In this document: piece after piece, positions 19,383 to 29,891 of the stretch
How the letters are laid out: each line of letters opens with the position of its first letter
Numbering within the stretch: position 1 is the stretch's first letter
Virus record (IMG/VR): IMGVR_UViG_3300004806_000019
Location: 20,224-84,223 of that record
DNA: 64,000 bases
From: a virus
Strand: one strand, 5' to 3'
The notes under the pieces: model-generated
The model's input: only the letters and a program-made list of their open reading frames with translations
What the model was told of the DNA's origin: nothing
Databases searched by the model: none
Program-made: the position numbers and the translations under genes

Positions 19383-19823
19383 ATGCCAAAATCTACAAAC
19401 ACTTGTAACGCTATTTTGGCGTTGATCTTTAATGCGACGACATGGACATCGATGGCACAAAATGCTACGGCATCGCCATATACAAGTCTGTATCTATCTC
19501 TGCATAACTCCACAGGGCCGGGACTCACGGACTCTCAGACTGTGAACGAAACAGCTTATACAAACTATGCTCGGGTTGGCGTAACCCGTGCCTCTGGTGC
19601 TGGTGGCTGGACAGTTAGCACGAATACCTCAACCAATGCTTCTTTGACGCAGTTTGCTCAGTGCGGTGCTTCTGGCGACACATTGACATATGTGGCGATT
19701 GGAACGGCATCGAGTGGTACAGGGCATGTGCTGTATGAGGGGGCTTTGAATAGTAATCTTGTTGTGTCCAACGGGATTCAGCCTCAATTCGCCGCTACAA
19801 GCTTGACGATCACAGAGTCATAG
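19383..19823 (+). CDS. Tail/fibre-associated structural protein
   Basis: YLSLH...PG....E.AY.NYAR..V and LY.G.L motifs. Confidence 0.7.
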   Translation: MPKSTNTCNAILALIFNATTWTSMAQNATASPYTSLYLSLHNSTGPGLTDSQTVNETAYTNYARVGVTRASGAGGWTVSTNTSTNASLTQFAQCGASGDTLTYVAIGTASSGTGHVLYEGALNSNLVVSNGIQPQFAATSLTITES

Positions 19824-19867
19824 TGATATGATATTCCTCATTGGATTAAATTACCTGTGAGGAAAAA

Positions 19868-20668
19868 GTGATCAAGAAACGCAGTCAAGCTGAAATAGAT
19901 TTTGCACTTGAGCTTTATAATGAGCTTGGTAGCGCATACAAAGTTGCCACTCGTATGGGCCTATCAAACAAAGCGGTCTATCGTATGCTTCACGATGCTG
20001 GTGCAGATATTCCTGGTTGGACAGATCCTAAACCGCGAAAACTAAAGTTTGATGGGGATAGCGCGAAAGCAGTAATAGAAGACTATTTATCTGGCATGTC
20101 TTGGGCTGATATGCGGGTAAAATACGGGGCCGCTGACTATGCCATGCGTGAGTGTGTTCGGAGAGCAGGGATAAAACTTCGGGATCATGGCGGTCAGCGC
20201 CGCAGAATTACAGATCAGGAAGAACAAGAAATTGTTGGCTTGCTGAAATCTGGATTAAAGCAGGTTGCGGTATCTGCAAAGTTTGGTTGTCACCAAGGTA
20301 TCGTAAGCAAAATCGCCATTAAGCATGGAGTATCTGACGGTCGAAAAGCGTCTGGTGAAAGACATGGAAGCTGGAAGGGTGGGGTTGTCAAAAATGGCGA
20401 GGGATATGTTTTGGAGAGGATTTATCCAGACGATCCTAATTTCGGCATGGCGGGGCGCAGCGGGTACGTCCCACAGCATCGTTTGGTTATGGCTAGAAGT
20501 TTGAGGCGCAATATTTCGCCATATGAATCTGTCCACCATATCAATGGTGATAGAACAGATAATCGCCTTGAAAACCTTCAGCTTAGATATGGCAAGCATG
20601 GCAAAGGTGTTGTTCTTACCTGTCGCTGTTGCGGCTCTCATGACATAGAGGCATCTAATCTTGACTGA
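19868..20668 (+). CDS. HNH endonuclease (free-standing homing type) with N-terminal HTH repeats
   Basis: WKGG...GY, HRLVM, VHHINGDRTDNRLENL. Confidence 0.85.
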   Translation: MIKKRSQAEIDFALELYNELGSAYKVATRMGLSNKAVYRMLHDAGADIPGWTDPKPRKLKFDGDSAKAVIEDYLSGMSWADMRVKYGAADYAMRECVRRAGIKLRDHGGQRRRITDQEEQEIVGLLKSGLKQVAVSAKFGCHQGIVSKIAIKHGVSDGRKASGERHGSWKGGVVKNGEGYVLERIYPDDPNFGMAGRSGYVPQHRLVMARSLRRNISPYESVHHINGDRTDNRLENLQLRYGKHGKGVVLTCRCCGSHDIEASNLD

Positions 20669-20915
20669 TTGTCGCACTAAATTAGAGCGGTGGCTTGATA
20701 ATCATATCGGGCTACCGCTTTATTATTGTTCTGGTTGCCAACGGCCTGTGAAGGTCGTTAAGACAAAAATTCATCGCAAGTGTGATTGCACTGATATCGT
20801 AAATGCTCCTCGTAAGGTGTTTCTGCATGGAGCGCATGACAAGCCTAGCCTGGAATATCGCTTGATGGTAAAATTTCATCAAATTGCATCGTCTATTACA
20901 GGGAGGAATGTATGA
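20661..20915 (+). CDS. Small Cys-rich protein
   Basis: PLYYCSGC...V.V.....R.CDC...V.AP; overlaps both neighbours. Confidence 0.55.
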   Translation: MTDCRTKLERWLDNHIGLPLYYCSGCQRPVKVVKTKIHRKCDCTDIVNAPRKVFLHGAHDKPSLEYRLMVKFHQIASSITGRNV

Positions 20916-21115
20916 GTGTTTTTTATTGTGGTGAGTGTGATGCTCCTGCTGAGTGCAAAGACAATCCAGAGGGTGGAGTTGTTTTTGTTCGATCTTGTGA
21001 TCATGGCGAGGATAAGCCTGTTTTCTCTAGGGATAAGCCTCCAAATGTTCTTAAAGTGATTACTACTGACCCGAATATGGAAGCAAACCTGACGGGAACG
21101 AGTTCTCTGACGTGA
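20912..21115 (+). CDS. Small Cys-rich protein, similar to the previous gene
   Basis: GGAGG SD; FYCGEC.......VRSCDH. Confidence 0.6.
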   Translation: MSVFYCGECDAPAECKDNPEGGVVFVRSCDHGEDKPVFSRDKPPNVLKVITTDPNMEANLTGTSSLT

Positions 21116-21261
21116 CACACGCGGAAGAATTTGCTTTGATGAAGTCTGATCCGCAGGCTTTGTTCAATTATTATCTTGATCTCTTGCAGAGTGGAACTGT
21201 GCTGGACGATGCTCAAGTGGTAAAGCTTGAGTATTGCAAGTCTATGCTGGGGCTATTATGA
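21112..21261 (+). CDS. 49-aa hypothetical protein (below the ORF-track cut-off)
   Basis: GTGA and ATGA overlaps at both ends; reads MTHAEEFALMKSDPQALFNYY... Confidence 0.5.
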   Translation: MTHAEEFALMKSDPQALFNYYLDLLQSGTVLDDAQVVKLEYCKSMLGLL

Positions 21262-22592
21262 GCCTTTATAGCGTCAGTCAGTTAGCCTCGGCTGAGAACA
21301 ATGGGCAATCGTACTTTGCCTGTTGGAAGAAGGCTCCAACGCAAACGACGGGGGCGAATTACTGGTTTGATCTGAACATGTCACCAGGAAGCCCCCCTCC
21401 TAATTATTATATTGGCACACCCAGCAATTACGTCCCCAATGGGTATGTTGAGAATCTGGGGATTCCTCATGGACAGAACGTTAATGCTGTCGGTTATCAG
21501 AAGTATCTGAAGACGTTTATGCTGCTGAATGGAACGGCCTCGGCGGTTCCGTTGCCTTGCATTTTATATGATAACGTTGGGTTCTACCCGTTTCTTGACG
21601 AGTCAACTCCTGGTGTCCAGCCGACAGTACAAGGGAGCTTGCCTCAAAGATGGATACCCACACAGACGGCTTATCTTGGATCTGAAGTGGCGACACAGGT
21701 TCCTGTGAGTGGGACAACTGGGTTCACAGCATCAGCAAACTGCACTTTGTCTAATCCTGGGTCTGTGATCCAGATGAATGTGACTGCCGCATCTCCGTAT
21801 GCACAGACGACGATGACGGTTGTTCCTGAGCAGACATATCGATGTGAGTTTCAGTTTAGTGGATTTAGCTCTTCTGCTGGGGCTGTTACGGTGTATGGGG
21901 GAACGACATCGACCAATGGTGTTGGTGATAACTTCTCATTTGCGTTTGGGGCGAATGGAACGATTAACACCAACTTTTTTAACGTAACGAGGTCATTTAC
22001 GTTTGTTGCGAAGGGGACGACGTTTAACTTTAACTGGGGCATGGGGGCTTCAGCGCTTAATGGTGACACGTCAACATTAAACTATCTTTCTGTGAAGCCC
22101 GTTATGAACATGCTTCCTGCTTCTCAGAATCAATGTCTGCAAATGATGCCCACGGTTGTGGCCGGTCATTCGGGTATCCCTGTTTATTTTGTGCAGTATA
22201 CAAATCAGGATGGTTTGCCTAATCGCTGGGCTGGCCCGATTTATGGGACAACGCAAGCAGTTAATGGAACCATTCTTTCTGCGTCACCGAACTCTAGCGC
22301 CATGGCGAATACCCCATTTCTGACGCTTCAATATGGAGATATTGGCGTTAGGACGGTTGATTCGATTATGTTTACAACGCTTGATGTCGGGTTGATTTCG
22401 ATGGGTTTGGTTCGTCCGATAGTCAATTTTGCGTTACGAACTATTGATGCTCCGGTAGAAATGGATTTTTTTAAAGATTGGTCTAAACTGCCAACGATAC
22501 CGGATGATGCTGGTCTTGCTATAGTTTGCAATCCTCAAGGAACGTTAGCAGCAACGATATTTTGGGGATCGATCCAAACAATTTGGGGTTAA
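21258..22592 (+). CDS. Virion/tail structural protein, paralog A, with an inserted beta-rich domain
   Basis: W.K....A..W.DL, PF..LQ.GD.G.R, L.RP and terminal WG shared with the next gene. Confidence 0.7.
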   Translation: MSLYSVSQLASAENNGQSYFACWKKAPTQTTGANYWFDLNMSPGSPPPNYYIGTPSNYVPNGYVENLGIPHGQNVNAVGYQKYLKTFMLLNGTASAVPLPCILYDNVGFYPFLDESTPGVQPTVQGSLPQRWIPTQTAYLGSEVATQVPVSGTTGFTASANCTLSNPGSVIQMNVTAASPYAQTTMTVVPEQTYRCEFQFSGFSSSAGAVTVYGGTTSTNGVGDNFSFAFGANGTINTNFFNVTRSFTFVAKGTTFNFNWGMGASALNGDTSTLNYLSVKPVMNMLPASQNQCLQMMPTVVAGHSGIPVYFVQYTNQDGLPNRWAGPIYGTTQAVNGTILSASPNSSAMANTPFLTLQYGDIGVRTVDSIMFTTLDVGLISMGLVRPIVNFALRTIDAPVEMDFFKDWSKLPTIPDDAGLAIVCNPQGTLAATIFWGSIQTIWG

Positions 22593-22595
22593 AAA

Positions 22596-23807
22596 ATGAC
22601 TATTCTCAGTATGGATCAGCTAGTTGCCGCGATGTCGAATGGGCAGAGGTGGAGGGCTGACTGGAACAAGAACTGGTTGGGAACTTCTGCTCAGACGGCT
22701 GGTCTTTGGTATGACCTGTATCAGGGAGGCGGGAACCCAGCGGCTGGATCTCTGAACCCCGGTGGTCCTGCTTTGGCATTTCAGCCGATGTGGGATACAC
22801 AGCCGACAAACGCCTCTGGCATTCTGCACGGTGGTAATGTGGGGTTGGGTTATTCTGGATATACCAAAAGCATCCTTAACGCCTCAGTGTTCAGTGCGGC
22901 GGCAACGACGGCCCCTACTGTTCTGATGCTGGTTGATATCCAGGGCTTGTTTACGCTCGGTGGAACGACAACGGGTGCTCAGACGGTTGTGACCTCGGCA
23001 ACGGTCACAGCGACTAACTCTACAAACTTGTTGCTGACTTACTCCTCAACGTTTGATCCATATACCTCGATCTTCTGTTTTAGCATTTCCAACTCTGGTG
23101 GATCGCTACCGGGCAACCTTAATGCCAGTCAGGTTTACTATGGGGTGCGGCAGTCATCGACGACTTGCTGGGTATCGACCAGCTACTATAATGCGTTGAA
23201 TGCTGTTTATGTTGCTTACAGTTCGGCTGGTTCCGGCACGAACACAATTGTCCAGCAGATGCCGCGCTATAGTCAGAACTGGTCAACTGCCACGACCTCG
23301 ACAATCGGCCTGTCCTCGACGGCTGGCGCTGGTGTCCAGTGCTTTGCAGTTGCCGCTGGTGGCGCGATGGGTACAACTACTGGCACATTGACACTGACTT
23401 ATACGAACTCGGCTGGCACGGCTTCTCGTGCGACTCCGTCTTCCCCGGCTTTGCCGACATGTACGGCAACGGCTATTCAAGGTAACGTGGTTTATAGTGG
23501 TACGGCCTCTGGTAAGTACGGGCCATTCATGCCATTGCAGGCTGGTGACGCGGGTATTCGTGTTCCGACTGCTATTAACCTGTCGTCAACATATACGTCT
23601 GGAACTTTGGCGTTTGTTTTGGCGCGACCATTGTTGACCGTCCCCGTCACAACCGTTGGGGTCGCGGGTGAGAGAGATCTGGTTAATCAGCTTCCCAGCA
23701 TGCCAGTAGTACAGGATGGGGCCTGTTTAGCATGGATACAGTATGCAGGATCAGCAACGCCGACAAATAGTAGTTACTTTGGAAATCTGGACTTTGTTTG
23801 GGGATGA
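22596..23807 (+). CDS. Virion/tail structural protein, paralog B
   Basis: Same motifs as paralog A; S/T/G/A-rich. Confidence 0.7.
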   Translation: MTILSMDQLVAAMSNGQRWRADWNKNWLGTSAQTAGLWYDLYQGGGNPAAGSLNPGGPALAFQPMWDTQPTNASGILHGGNVGLGYSGYTKSILNASVFSAAATTAPTVLMLVDIQGLFTLGGTTTGAQTVVTSATVTATNSTNLLLTYSSTFDPYTSIFCFSISNSGGSLPGNLNASQVYYGVRQSSTTCWVSTSYYNALNAVYVAYSSAGSGTNTIVQQMPRYSQNWSTATTSTIGLSSTAGAGVQCFAVAAGGAMGTTTGTLTLTYTNSAGTASRATPSSPALPTCTATAIQGNVVYSGTASGKYGPFMPLQAGDAGIRVPTAINLSSTYTSGTLAFVLARPLLTVPVTTVGVAGERDLVNQLPSMPVVQDGACLAWIQYAGSATPTNSSYFGNLDFVWG

Positions 23808-23813
23808 TTTATT

Positions 23814-24881
23814 ATGGCGTTGTTAGGTAATTTCAGCGTCTATAATAAAGGCCCAGGTTTGTTTCTTGCTGGTGTTGGCAGTGGCGCAACCAATCCCGTA
23901 ACTGTTGAGGCTCAAGTAAGATCAACTTTCAACAAGGCTGGGGCTATTAGGAACTTTATCCTGATGGATGGAGCTTCTGGTGCGGCGGATACGTTAGCAA
24001 TTCCTACGGGGAACTATCCTCCTAATACCTGGATGATTCCAAAGACTGCTGGTGAGATGTCAACAGGGCCTAACGTTTCAGGGTCTGGCTCTACAGGCAC
24101 ACCTAATCTAGCTGGTGGCGTTAACATATCGGCAGGATTGACCGGGACAGGGTCAACGAATGTTGGCCTGAACGCTATTGCTATCTGCGCGGCAAGTTTG
24201 AGTGGCGCAGGAGACATTACGTCTTCAGTTATGAATGCGCTTGGTGTGATGCAGGCGGCACTGACGGGATCTGGGAATGTTGCCTCAACATTAAATGCGC
24301 TTGGAGCTTTAATCGCATCCGTCTCTGGATCTGGTGACGTTACCAATGCAGCATTAATTGGTGTGCAGTCTGCGTTTATGGTGGCTGCGTTGTCTGGGTC
24401 AGGAAGTGTATCGGCGCTTGTGAATGCGCTTGGGACGCTTCAGGCTTCAGTGAGCGGCAGTGGGAATATCACGAATGCAGCCGGGGTTGCTGCTCTACCT
24501 TTGGGCGCGTCTCTTTCTGGGTCTGGTGATATCACGGGCAATGCCAATTTGAATGCGCTCGGGAATTTGCTTGCTGGTCTTGCTGGCTCATCGTCTTTGT
24601 CTTCGACTTTAAATGCCATTGGTATTATGGGCGCGACGATCAGGTCTTACTCTGATCTTACGGCGCAGGGTGCTGCTGATGCTGTCTGGGCGCAGCTTCT
24701 TGAGGGCGGATATTCGGCAGAGCAATTGATGAGGCTTCTGTCTGCCGCACTTGCTGGGAAGGTATCAGGAGCAAGCGGAACAACGGTTACAATCCGTGAT
24801 ATTAACGACCTTGTAGACAGGATCGTTGCTACTGTTGACACATCAGGGGATCGCACCTCGATAACTTACGATGTGAACTGA
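23814..24881 (+). CDS. Fibre-like protein with A.L.GSG repeats
   Basis: About 21-aa (A/S)L(S/T)GSG repeats; C-terminal MRLL.A.LAGKVSGA...DRI.ATVD..G.R domain. Confidence 0.7.
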   Translation: MALLGNFSVYNKGPGLFLAGVGSGATNPVTVEAQVRSTFNKAGAIRNFILMDGASGAADTLAIPTGNYPPNTWMIPKTAGEMSTGPNVSGSGSTGTPNLAGGVNISAGLTGTGSTNVGLNAIAICAASLSGAGDITSSVMNALGVMQAALTGSGNVASTLNALGALIASVSGSGDVTNAALIGVQSAFMVAALSGSGSVSALVNALGTLQASVSGSGNITNAAGVAALPLGASLSGSGDITGNANLNALGNLLAGLAGSSSLSSTLNAIGIMGATIRSYSDLTAQGAADAVWAQLLEGGYSAEQLMRLLSAALAGKVSGASGTTVTIRDINDLVDRIVATVDTSGDRTSITYDVN

Positions 24882-24882
24882 T

Positions 24883-25287
24883 ATGGCTTATAACGCCGGT
24901 TCATATTTCTCCCCGAAATACTTTGCTAATAATTATTTTGCGACAGGAGTGGGGGTTGCTCCTTCAGGATATATGATTGCCTTTTTGTCAGGTTCTGGGG
25001 GTATATCAACATCAATAACTGGTATTGCAAACTTAGTATCTAATCTAACAGGGTCATCTTCATTAAATGGAGATATTACCGGCACTCTTAATTTATCTGC
25101 ATATCTTAGCGGAGAAGGTGATGTAAGCGGAGTTGTTATTGGTATTGGTTCAATGTCAGCAGCAATTAACGGTACGTCTAATGTAAAAGCTATCTTAACG
25201 TCTGGGGGTGGTGAAACTTCTCCTTCTTATCATGGTGGGTTCATAAAAAACACAGGTACGATGATGGGCCATGCCAGAATGAGTTAG
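24883..25287 (+). CDS. Short fibre-like protein with L.G.G repeats
   Basis: YF...YF...YF N-terminus; LSGSG-type repeats. Confidence 0.6.
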   Translation: MAYNAGSYFSPKYFANNYFATGVGVAPSGYMIAFLSGSGGISTSITGIANLVSNLTGSSSLNGDITGTLNLSAYLSGEGDVSGVVIGIGSMSAAINGTSNVKAILTSGGGETSPSYHGGFIKNTGTMMGHARMS

Positions 25288-25347
25288 TGAAGTTTCCATC
25301 ATTTAATTCTTTGTGGTAATGTTCATTGTTTTGACAGAGGCGACAGC

Positions 25348-26475
25348 ATGACCCTTCCAACAACATCTGGGACTGTATCCCAATATGGATTCACTCAAGG
25401 TCAGATAATCGATCATGCTTTTCGACGTGCAGGACTCCAACCTGAACAAGCGTCATCCGAGAATATCCAAATTGCCCAAGACTTGCTGTTCTCCATCCTT
25501 AGTGAGTGGAGCAATGCAGGCTTTCCTCTTTGGACAAAGCAATATCTGACCCTTGGTCCTGTTTTAGGATCTCCTGACGTTGCCTGCCCTCTTGGGACGG
25601 TTGATGTCATTCATGCCTATTGGCGAAACCTTAATCCATATAGGGGGCCTGCCGTTACAAGTGATGGTCAGGATGCAACGGTTTTATTCGGTGGGACAGT
25701 AAACTCTGACATTACAATAACCGGAACAACACCGCATGTTCAGGTAAGCTTTGGAAGCTCGACGGGTTTATACACGGTTGGAGTTTTGTTAGGTGGGACT
25801 TCTTCGATAACCACTTCCTTGCAGATCCTTGGATCTAATAACAACGTGACCTATACGGTTGTTCAAACGCTTCCGAGCACGACATTCACTCCGGGGGTTT
25901 GGCAATATTTTGACCTTAACCCTGTTCCCTCATATCCATATTTCCAGGTTCAATATGCTTCGGGAACGCCATGGGTTTTGAACCAATTGAATTTTGGGTT
26001 GGCCAATGCCTCTGACATTATGATTGGTCCCTTAAACATTGATGACTACTACAATCTTCCTAGCAAATTCCAGCAAGGGGATCGTGCTGTATCGGCTTGG
26101 GTTGATCGTCAGTTAAATTACCCGGTCATCAAGCTTTGGAATGTTCCGAACCAATTAGCTTTCTACAATGGATTAGTGTCTGTTCTGACGCGACGGTATA
26201 TCCAAGATCCCGGTCAGATGAGCAATGCGGTTGAGATTCCACAGCGATGCAATGAAGCTCTTATGTGGCGTCTTGCTTGTTCTTTGATCTATGAGATTAA
26301 AGATCGTGAGGATGCAAGTGCCGCCCAAGCGGGGTATATGGCTTTGATGCAAAGGCAGCAACGTATTCAGCAGATTGAAACAAAAGCAACAAAGGCTGAA
26401 TCTTTAATGTGGGCGGAAGAGAGATCAAAAGGGCCGATTAAGATTATGCCAAGAACCAGATGCTACACCAGATGA
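25348..26475 (+). CDS. Head-tail adaptor/tail tubular-like protein with an inserted beta-sandwich domain
   Basis: TTSGT...II..AF.R.G, EW.N.G..LWT, Y..LP.K...G, EIPQR..EA....LA motifs. Confidence 0.7.
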   Translation: MTLPTTSGTVSQYGFTQGQIIDHAFRRAGLQPEQASSENIQIAQDLLFSILSEWSNAGFPLWTKQYLTLGPVLGSPDVACPLGTVDVIHAYWRNLNPYRGPAVTSDGQDATVLFGGTVNSDITITGTTPHVQVSFGSSTGLYTVGVLLGGTSSITTSLQILGSNNNVTYTVVQTLPSTTFTPGVWQYFDLNPVPSYPYFQVQYASGTPWVLNQLNFGLANASDIMIGPLNIDDYYNLPSKFQQGDRAVSAWVDRQLNYPVIKLWNVPNQLAFYNGLVSVLTRRYIQDPGQMSNAVEIPQRCNEALMWRLACSLIYEIKDREDASAAQAGYMALMQRQQRIQQIETKATKAESLMWAEERSKGPIKIMPRTRCYTR

Positions 26476-26493
26476 CCGGATAGAGACTGAGTA

Positions 26494-27066
26494 ATGCCAA
26501 GGTACATCTCCACACAAGGTCTTTCCCCTATAGCCATTGGCATATGTGGGAGGTGTTCGAGAAAATTCCCGCTTGCGGATCTGACGGAAGATGGAAACAT
26601 TCCTGGGTTGTTAGTATGTCTTGAAGATTGGGATCGTATAGATCCGTGGAGATTGCCAGCTAGAGAGACAGAGGATATCTCTCTTCAGAATCCCAGACCT
26701 GACGTATCACTTAGTGTCGGACCTATGAATGTCGCTATTAACCCAATGCAGCTTGTGTTAGAGGCTGACAATATGGGTAATACGGTTGAGACGAATGATA
26801 CTCTTCAAGAGATCGGTTTTGGCAATTCAGTTTCTACAATTTATCCATCAACTCCATGGTTGGCAAACACGGTATATTCAGAAGGTCAGCAAGTTACGCC
26901 AACCATAGCTACGGGGCTAACTGCTGCTGGTCAAAACATCTATATTTATGTATGTTTGTATGCCGGAACATCGGGGGTATCTGCGCCTAATTGGCCACCG
27001 AATGATGGCGCGTTGATCATTGATAATACCGTTCTTTGGAAAAATGCGGGGCTATATTTGCCATGA
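26494..27066 (+). CDS. Zn-finger virion protein with a C-terminal CBM5/12-like module
   Basis: IC.RC..KF.L..L.......L.VC....D...PRPD; W.ANT.Y..G..V.P...Y.C..AGTSG...P.WP. Confidence 0.65.
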   Translation: MPRYISTQGLSPIAIGICGRCSRKFPLADLTEDGNIPGLLVCLEDWDRIDPWRLPARETEDISLQNPRPDVSLSVGPMNVAINPMQLVLEADNMGNTVETNDTLQEIGFGNSVSTIYPSTPWLANTVYSEGQQVTPTIATGLTAAGQNIYIYVCLYAGTSGVSAPNWPPNDGALIIDNTVLWKNAGLYLP

Positions 27067-28802
27067 CATCGCCTGTTTTTATAAGCGCATTGCCAGCAGC
27101 GACTTCATGGGGGAGCGGTGATTATACGTTAGTTTCACAACAGGGCGGGATAACTAAGAAGATTGGCATAAGTGCCATATTCACCGTTGGTACACCTGGA
27201 TATACGCCAAGCGGATCTAATGCCGCACAATTCACCGGAAACTCTAATAGCTATTATCAGATATCAATTCAGAACACGAACACAGGAACTTCTGCATCCT
27301 CAGACTTCGTGGCCACTTCTGACACTGGTAACGATGTAACTCATTATGCTGATTTTGGGATTAACAATAGTATCGGTGGCACGACGCCATTTCCCAATCC
27401 ATATTCCGGATATCTCTATGTCACAGACTCTGAATTGGATTTCGGTGTTTTAGGTAATGCCGGGGTTATTAATTTCTACGCAACCGGGGGAATGACTGCT
27501 CCTTATTATGTCGGGTCGATTAATTCTACCGGGCTTAATAATATGGCGATTGGTAATGCAACGCCATCCACAGGGAAATTCACGACTCTTTCTGCATCTG
27601 GGAATGTTACGGGTAGCCAGCTTGTTTCAACGATCTCTGGTCAGCCGCCGCTGGTTGTTGGTTCTACCTCACAAGTTGCAAACTTAAATGCTCAATATCT
27701 TGGCGGATATCTTCCGTCGTCATTTGCCAACGTCACGCTTCCAAACACATGGATGCAAACGCAGACCTTTGCAGATGGCGGGGCTTGGAGTTCGACGGGG
27801 ATACTTACGACCTATGCAGATATAGGTAACATGGGGACAGAAGGATCAAGCATCCTTCTAAATGGCGCGACTTATACTGCCGTCCTTAAAGCCTCTGATA
27901 TTGGGGCGATGAATCCTGTTCAAGAGATTCTGCATCGTCATTCGACTTCGTTAGAACCTATTTTCATGGGTGCTCGGAGTAACTCAGATACATCGGCTCA
28001 TGCGAATGTAACGAATGGACAGAATGTTCTGACGTTTATGGGATCTGGGTATGCTGGAACTAACGGATATGAGCAATTTGCCAGCATAAACTTTGCTGTA
28101 TCCAGTACGGGATCTATCAGCAATTCGTCATCTCCTGGCGCGATTAAGTTCAATACGACGCCAAATGGCAATAACTTCCCTGTGACGGCGGTAACGATAG
28201 ACCAAGATCAAAGCGTGACATTATCAGGGGCATTCAAACTTCCTGGTGGCACATTTTCTATTGGCGGCAACACGACCTTCTCTGGGGCATATACCTTTAC
28301 TGGGACGGTGACGAATAATACGACGGTGACGTTCCCAACAACGGGGACATTGTTAACGACCACAGGCTCTGGTTCGTCTCTGACCTTCGGGACAGGTTCT
28401 CTGTCGCTTGCTGGAAACCTGACAACCTCTGGCGCTTACAACATCGGCTTTACGATGCCGGGGGCTTATACCTACACGTTCCCATCATCGACAAGCACTC
28501 TTGCTATTCTTGGTGCTAACACGTTTACAGGGAAGCAAACGACGGTTGCCAGCGCCAGTGGTGCTGCTGGCCTTAATCTTCCTCCTGGTGCGGCCCCATC
28601 GGCGCCAGTTAATGGCGACATTTGGACAACGACAGCGGGTATTTACGTACAGATAAATGGTGGTACAGTTGGCCCACTTTCTGCGGGTGGAAGTGCTATC
28701 ACTGCCCTTACCGGCGATGTGACAGCTTCTGGAAGTGGTAGTGTTGCGGCTGCATTGGCATTGACGCCACAGACAGAGTTAATATCGTTATGGTTGAGGT
28801 GA
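27063..28802 (+). CDS. Tail fibre protein
   Basis: IS.LPAA start, IGNATPSTGKFTTL, P.VV.ST..VANLNA, APVNGDIW and LTGDVT fibre motifs. Confidence 0.8.
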   Translation: MTSPVFISALPAATSWGSGDYTLVSQQGGITKKIGISAIFTVGTPGYTPSGSNAAQFTGNSNSYYQISIQNTNTGTSASSDFVATSDTGNDVTHYADFGINNSIGGTTPFPNPYSGYLYVTDSELDFGVLGNAGVINFYATGGMTAPYYVGSINSTGLNNMAIGNATPSTGKFTTLSASGNVTGSQLVSTISGQPPLVVGSTSQVANLNAQYLGGYLPSSFANVTLPNTWMQTQTFADGGAWSSTGILTTYADIGNMGTEGSSILLNGATYTAVLKASDIGAMNPVQEILHRHSTSLEPIFMGARSNSDTSAHANVTNGQNVLTFMGSGYAGTNGYEQFASINFAVSSTGSISNSSSPGAIKFNTTPNGNNFPVTAVTIDQDQSVTLSGAFKLPGGTFSIGGNTTFSGAYTFTGTVTNNTTVTFPTTGTLLTTTGSGSSLTFGTGSLSLAGNLTTSGAYNIGFTMPGAYTYTFPSSTSTLAILGANTFTGKQTTVASASGAAGLNLPPGAAPSAPVNGDIWTTTAGIYVQINGGTVGPLSAGGSAITALTGDVTASGSGSVAAALALTPQTELISLWLR

Positions 28803-28806
28803 TAGC

Positions 28807-29160
28807 ATGGCTTCTTTAACTAAGATTGTTTTAAGTGGCGCGACTTACGGGGCGCCGATTCCTGTTGCGGGAACAACGATAACATCGCCTACGACGATCC
28901 ACACTTCGATTAATACGACAACTGCGGGGTTGGGTGATGAGGTCGTTCTCTACTGTGCAAACGTCGATACCGTTTCGCATACGTTGACGCTTGGAATCGG
29001 TGGGACGGTGACGGCTAACTTGGCTTATTTCATCGTTGCAGCGAATACAACGGCCCAAGTTCTTCCGGGGCATCTGCTTCTAAATGCACAGATTTTATAT
29101 GCCGTGTGTGACGTGACAAATAAAATGAATGTGTTTGGCTACTGCATTAGGTCTTCGTGA
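28807..29160 (+). CDS. Small tail-fibre adaptor/accessory protein
   Basis: DEV.LY..N.D motif; follows the fibre gene. Confidence 0.65.
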   Translation: MASLTKIVLSGATYGAPIPVAGTTITSPTTIHTSINTTTAGLGDEVVLYCANVDTVSHTLTLGIGGTVTANLAYFIVAANTTAQVLPGHLLLNAQILYAVCDVTNKMNVFGYCIRSS

Positions 29161-29231
29161 GTCATTATGGACGAACTCTCTCTACAATATGCGGCATCAC
29201 GCCTTTATAGCAAACAATATGGGGGTTTGCT

Positions 29232-29891
29232 ATGGCTACTAGCGTAACCTACAATACTCTGGTTCAGGACGTTCAGGCATATCTGGAGCGTGGCGCATCC
29301 TCTACGACTGATGCAACGGTTACGGCGCAGATCCCAAGGCTTATCAACGCAGCAGAGCGCAAGCTGGCTCAAATCCTCAAGCTTCTAGGTCAGATTGAGG
29401 TTTTATCTGACGTAACAGGACTCACTCCGGGGAATCCCGTTATTCCAAAGCCTGACAGGTGGCGCCAGACTGTATCTATGAATTATGGGGCAAGCTCGGA
29501 TTCTAACTTTAGAACGCCCTTGTTTCCTAGAAGCTATGAATATTGCAGAACATATTGGCCGGATGACTCCCTGACTTCTCCGCCAAAGTTTTACGCTGAC
29601 TATGGGTATACATCGTGGCTTATCGTCCCGACGCCTGATGTCACCTACCCCTTGGAGATCACTTGCTATATGCAGCCTCCTTTGTTGGATGCGAATAACC
29701 AATCTAACTTTTGGACGATATATTGCCCGAATGCTCTCCTTTATGGGACACTGGTTGAGGCAATGCCCTTCCTGAAGAATGATGAACGTATTCCTGTTTG
29801 GGAAAATATGTATAAGGCGGAGATCGCCACATTAAGCGGTCAGGATCTGCAACGGCAAATGGACCGGGCATCAGAGCGGAGGACCGTCTAA
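29232..29891 (+). CDS. Tail tubular protein A-like adaptor
   Basis: TY..L..D...YL.R, IP..I..AE, P.FYA.Y, .PTPD..Y, P.ALLYG.L.EA..FLK. Confidence 0.8.
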   Translation: MATSVTYNTLVQDVQAYLERGASSTTDATVTAQIPRLINAAERKLAQILKLLGQIEVLSDVTGLTPGNPVIPKPDRWRQTVSMNYGASSDSNFRTPLFPRSYEYCRTYWPDDSLTSPPKFYADYGYTSWLIVPTPDVTYPLEITCYMQPPLLDANNQSNFWTIYCPNALLYGTLVEAMPFLKNDERIPVWENMYKAEIATLSGQDLQRQMDRASERRTV

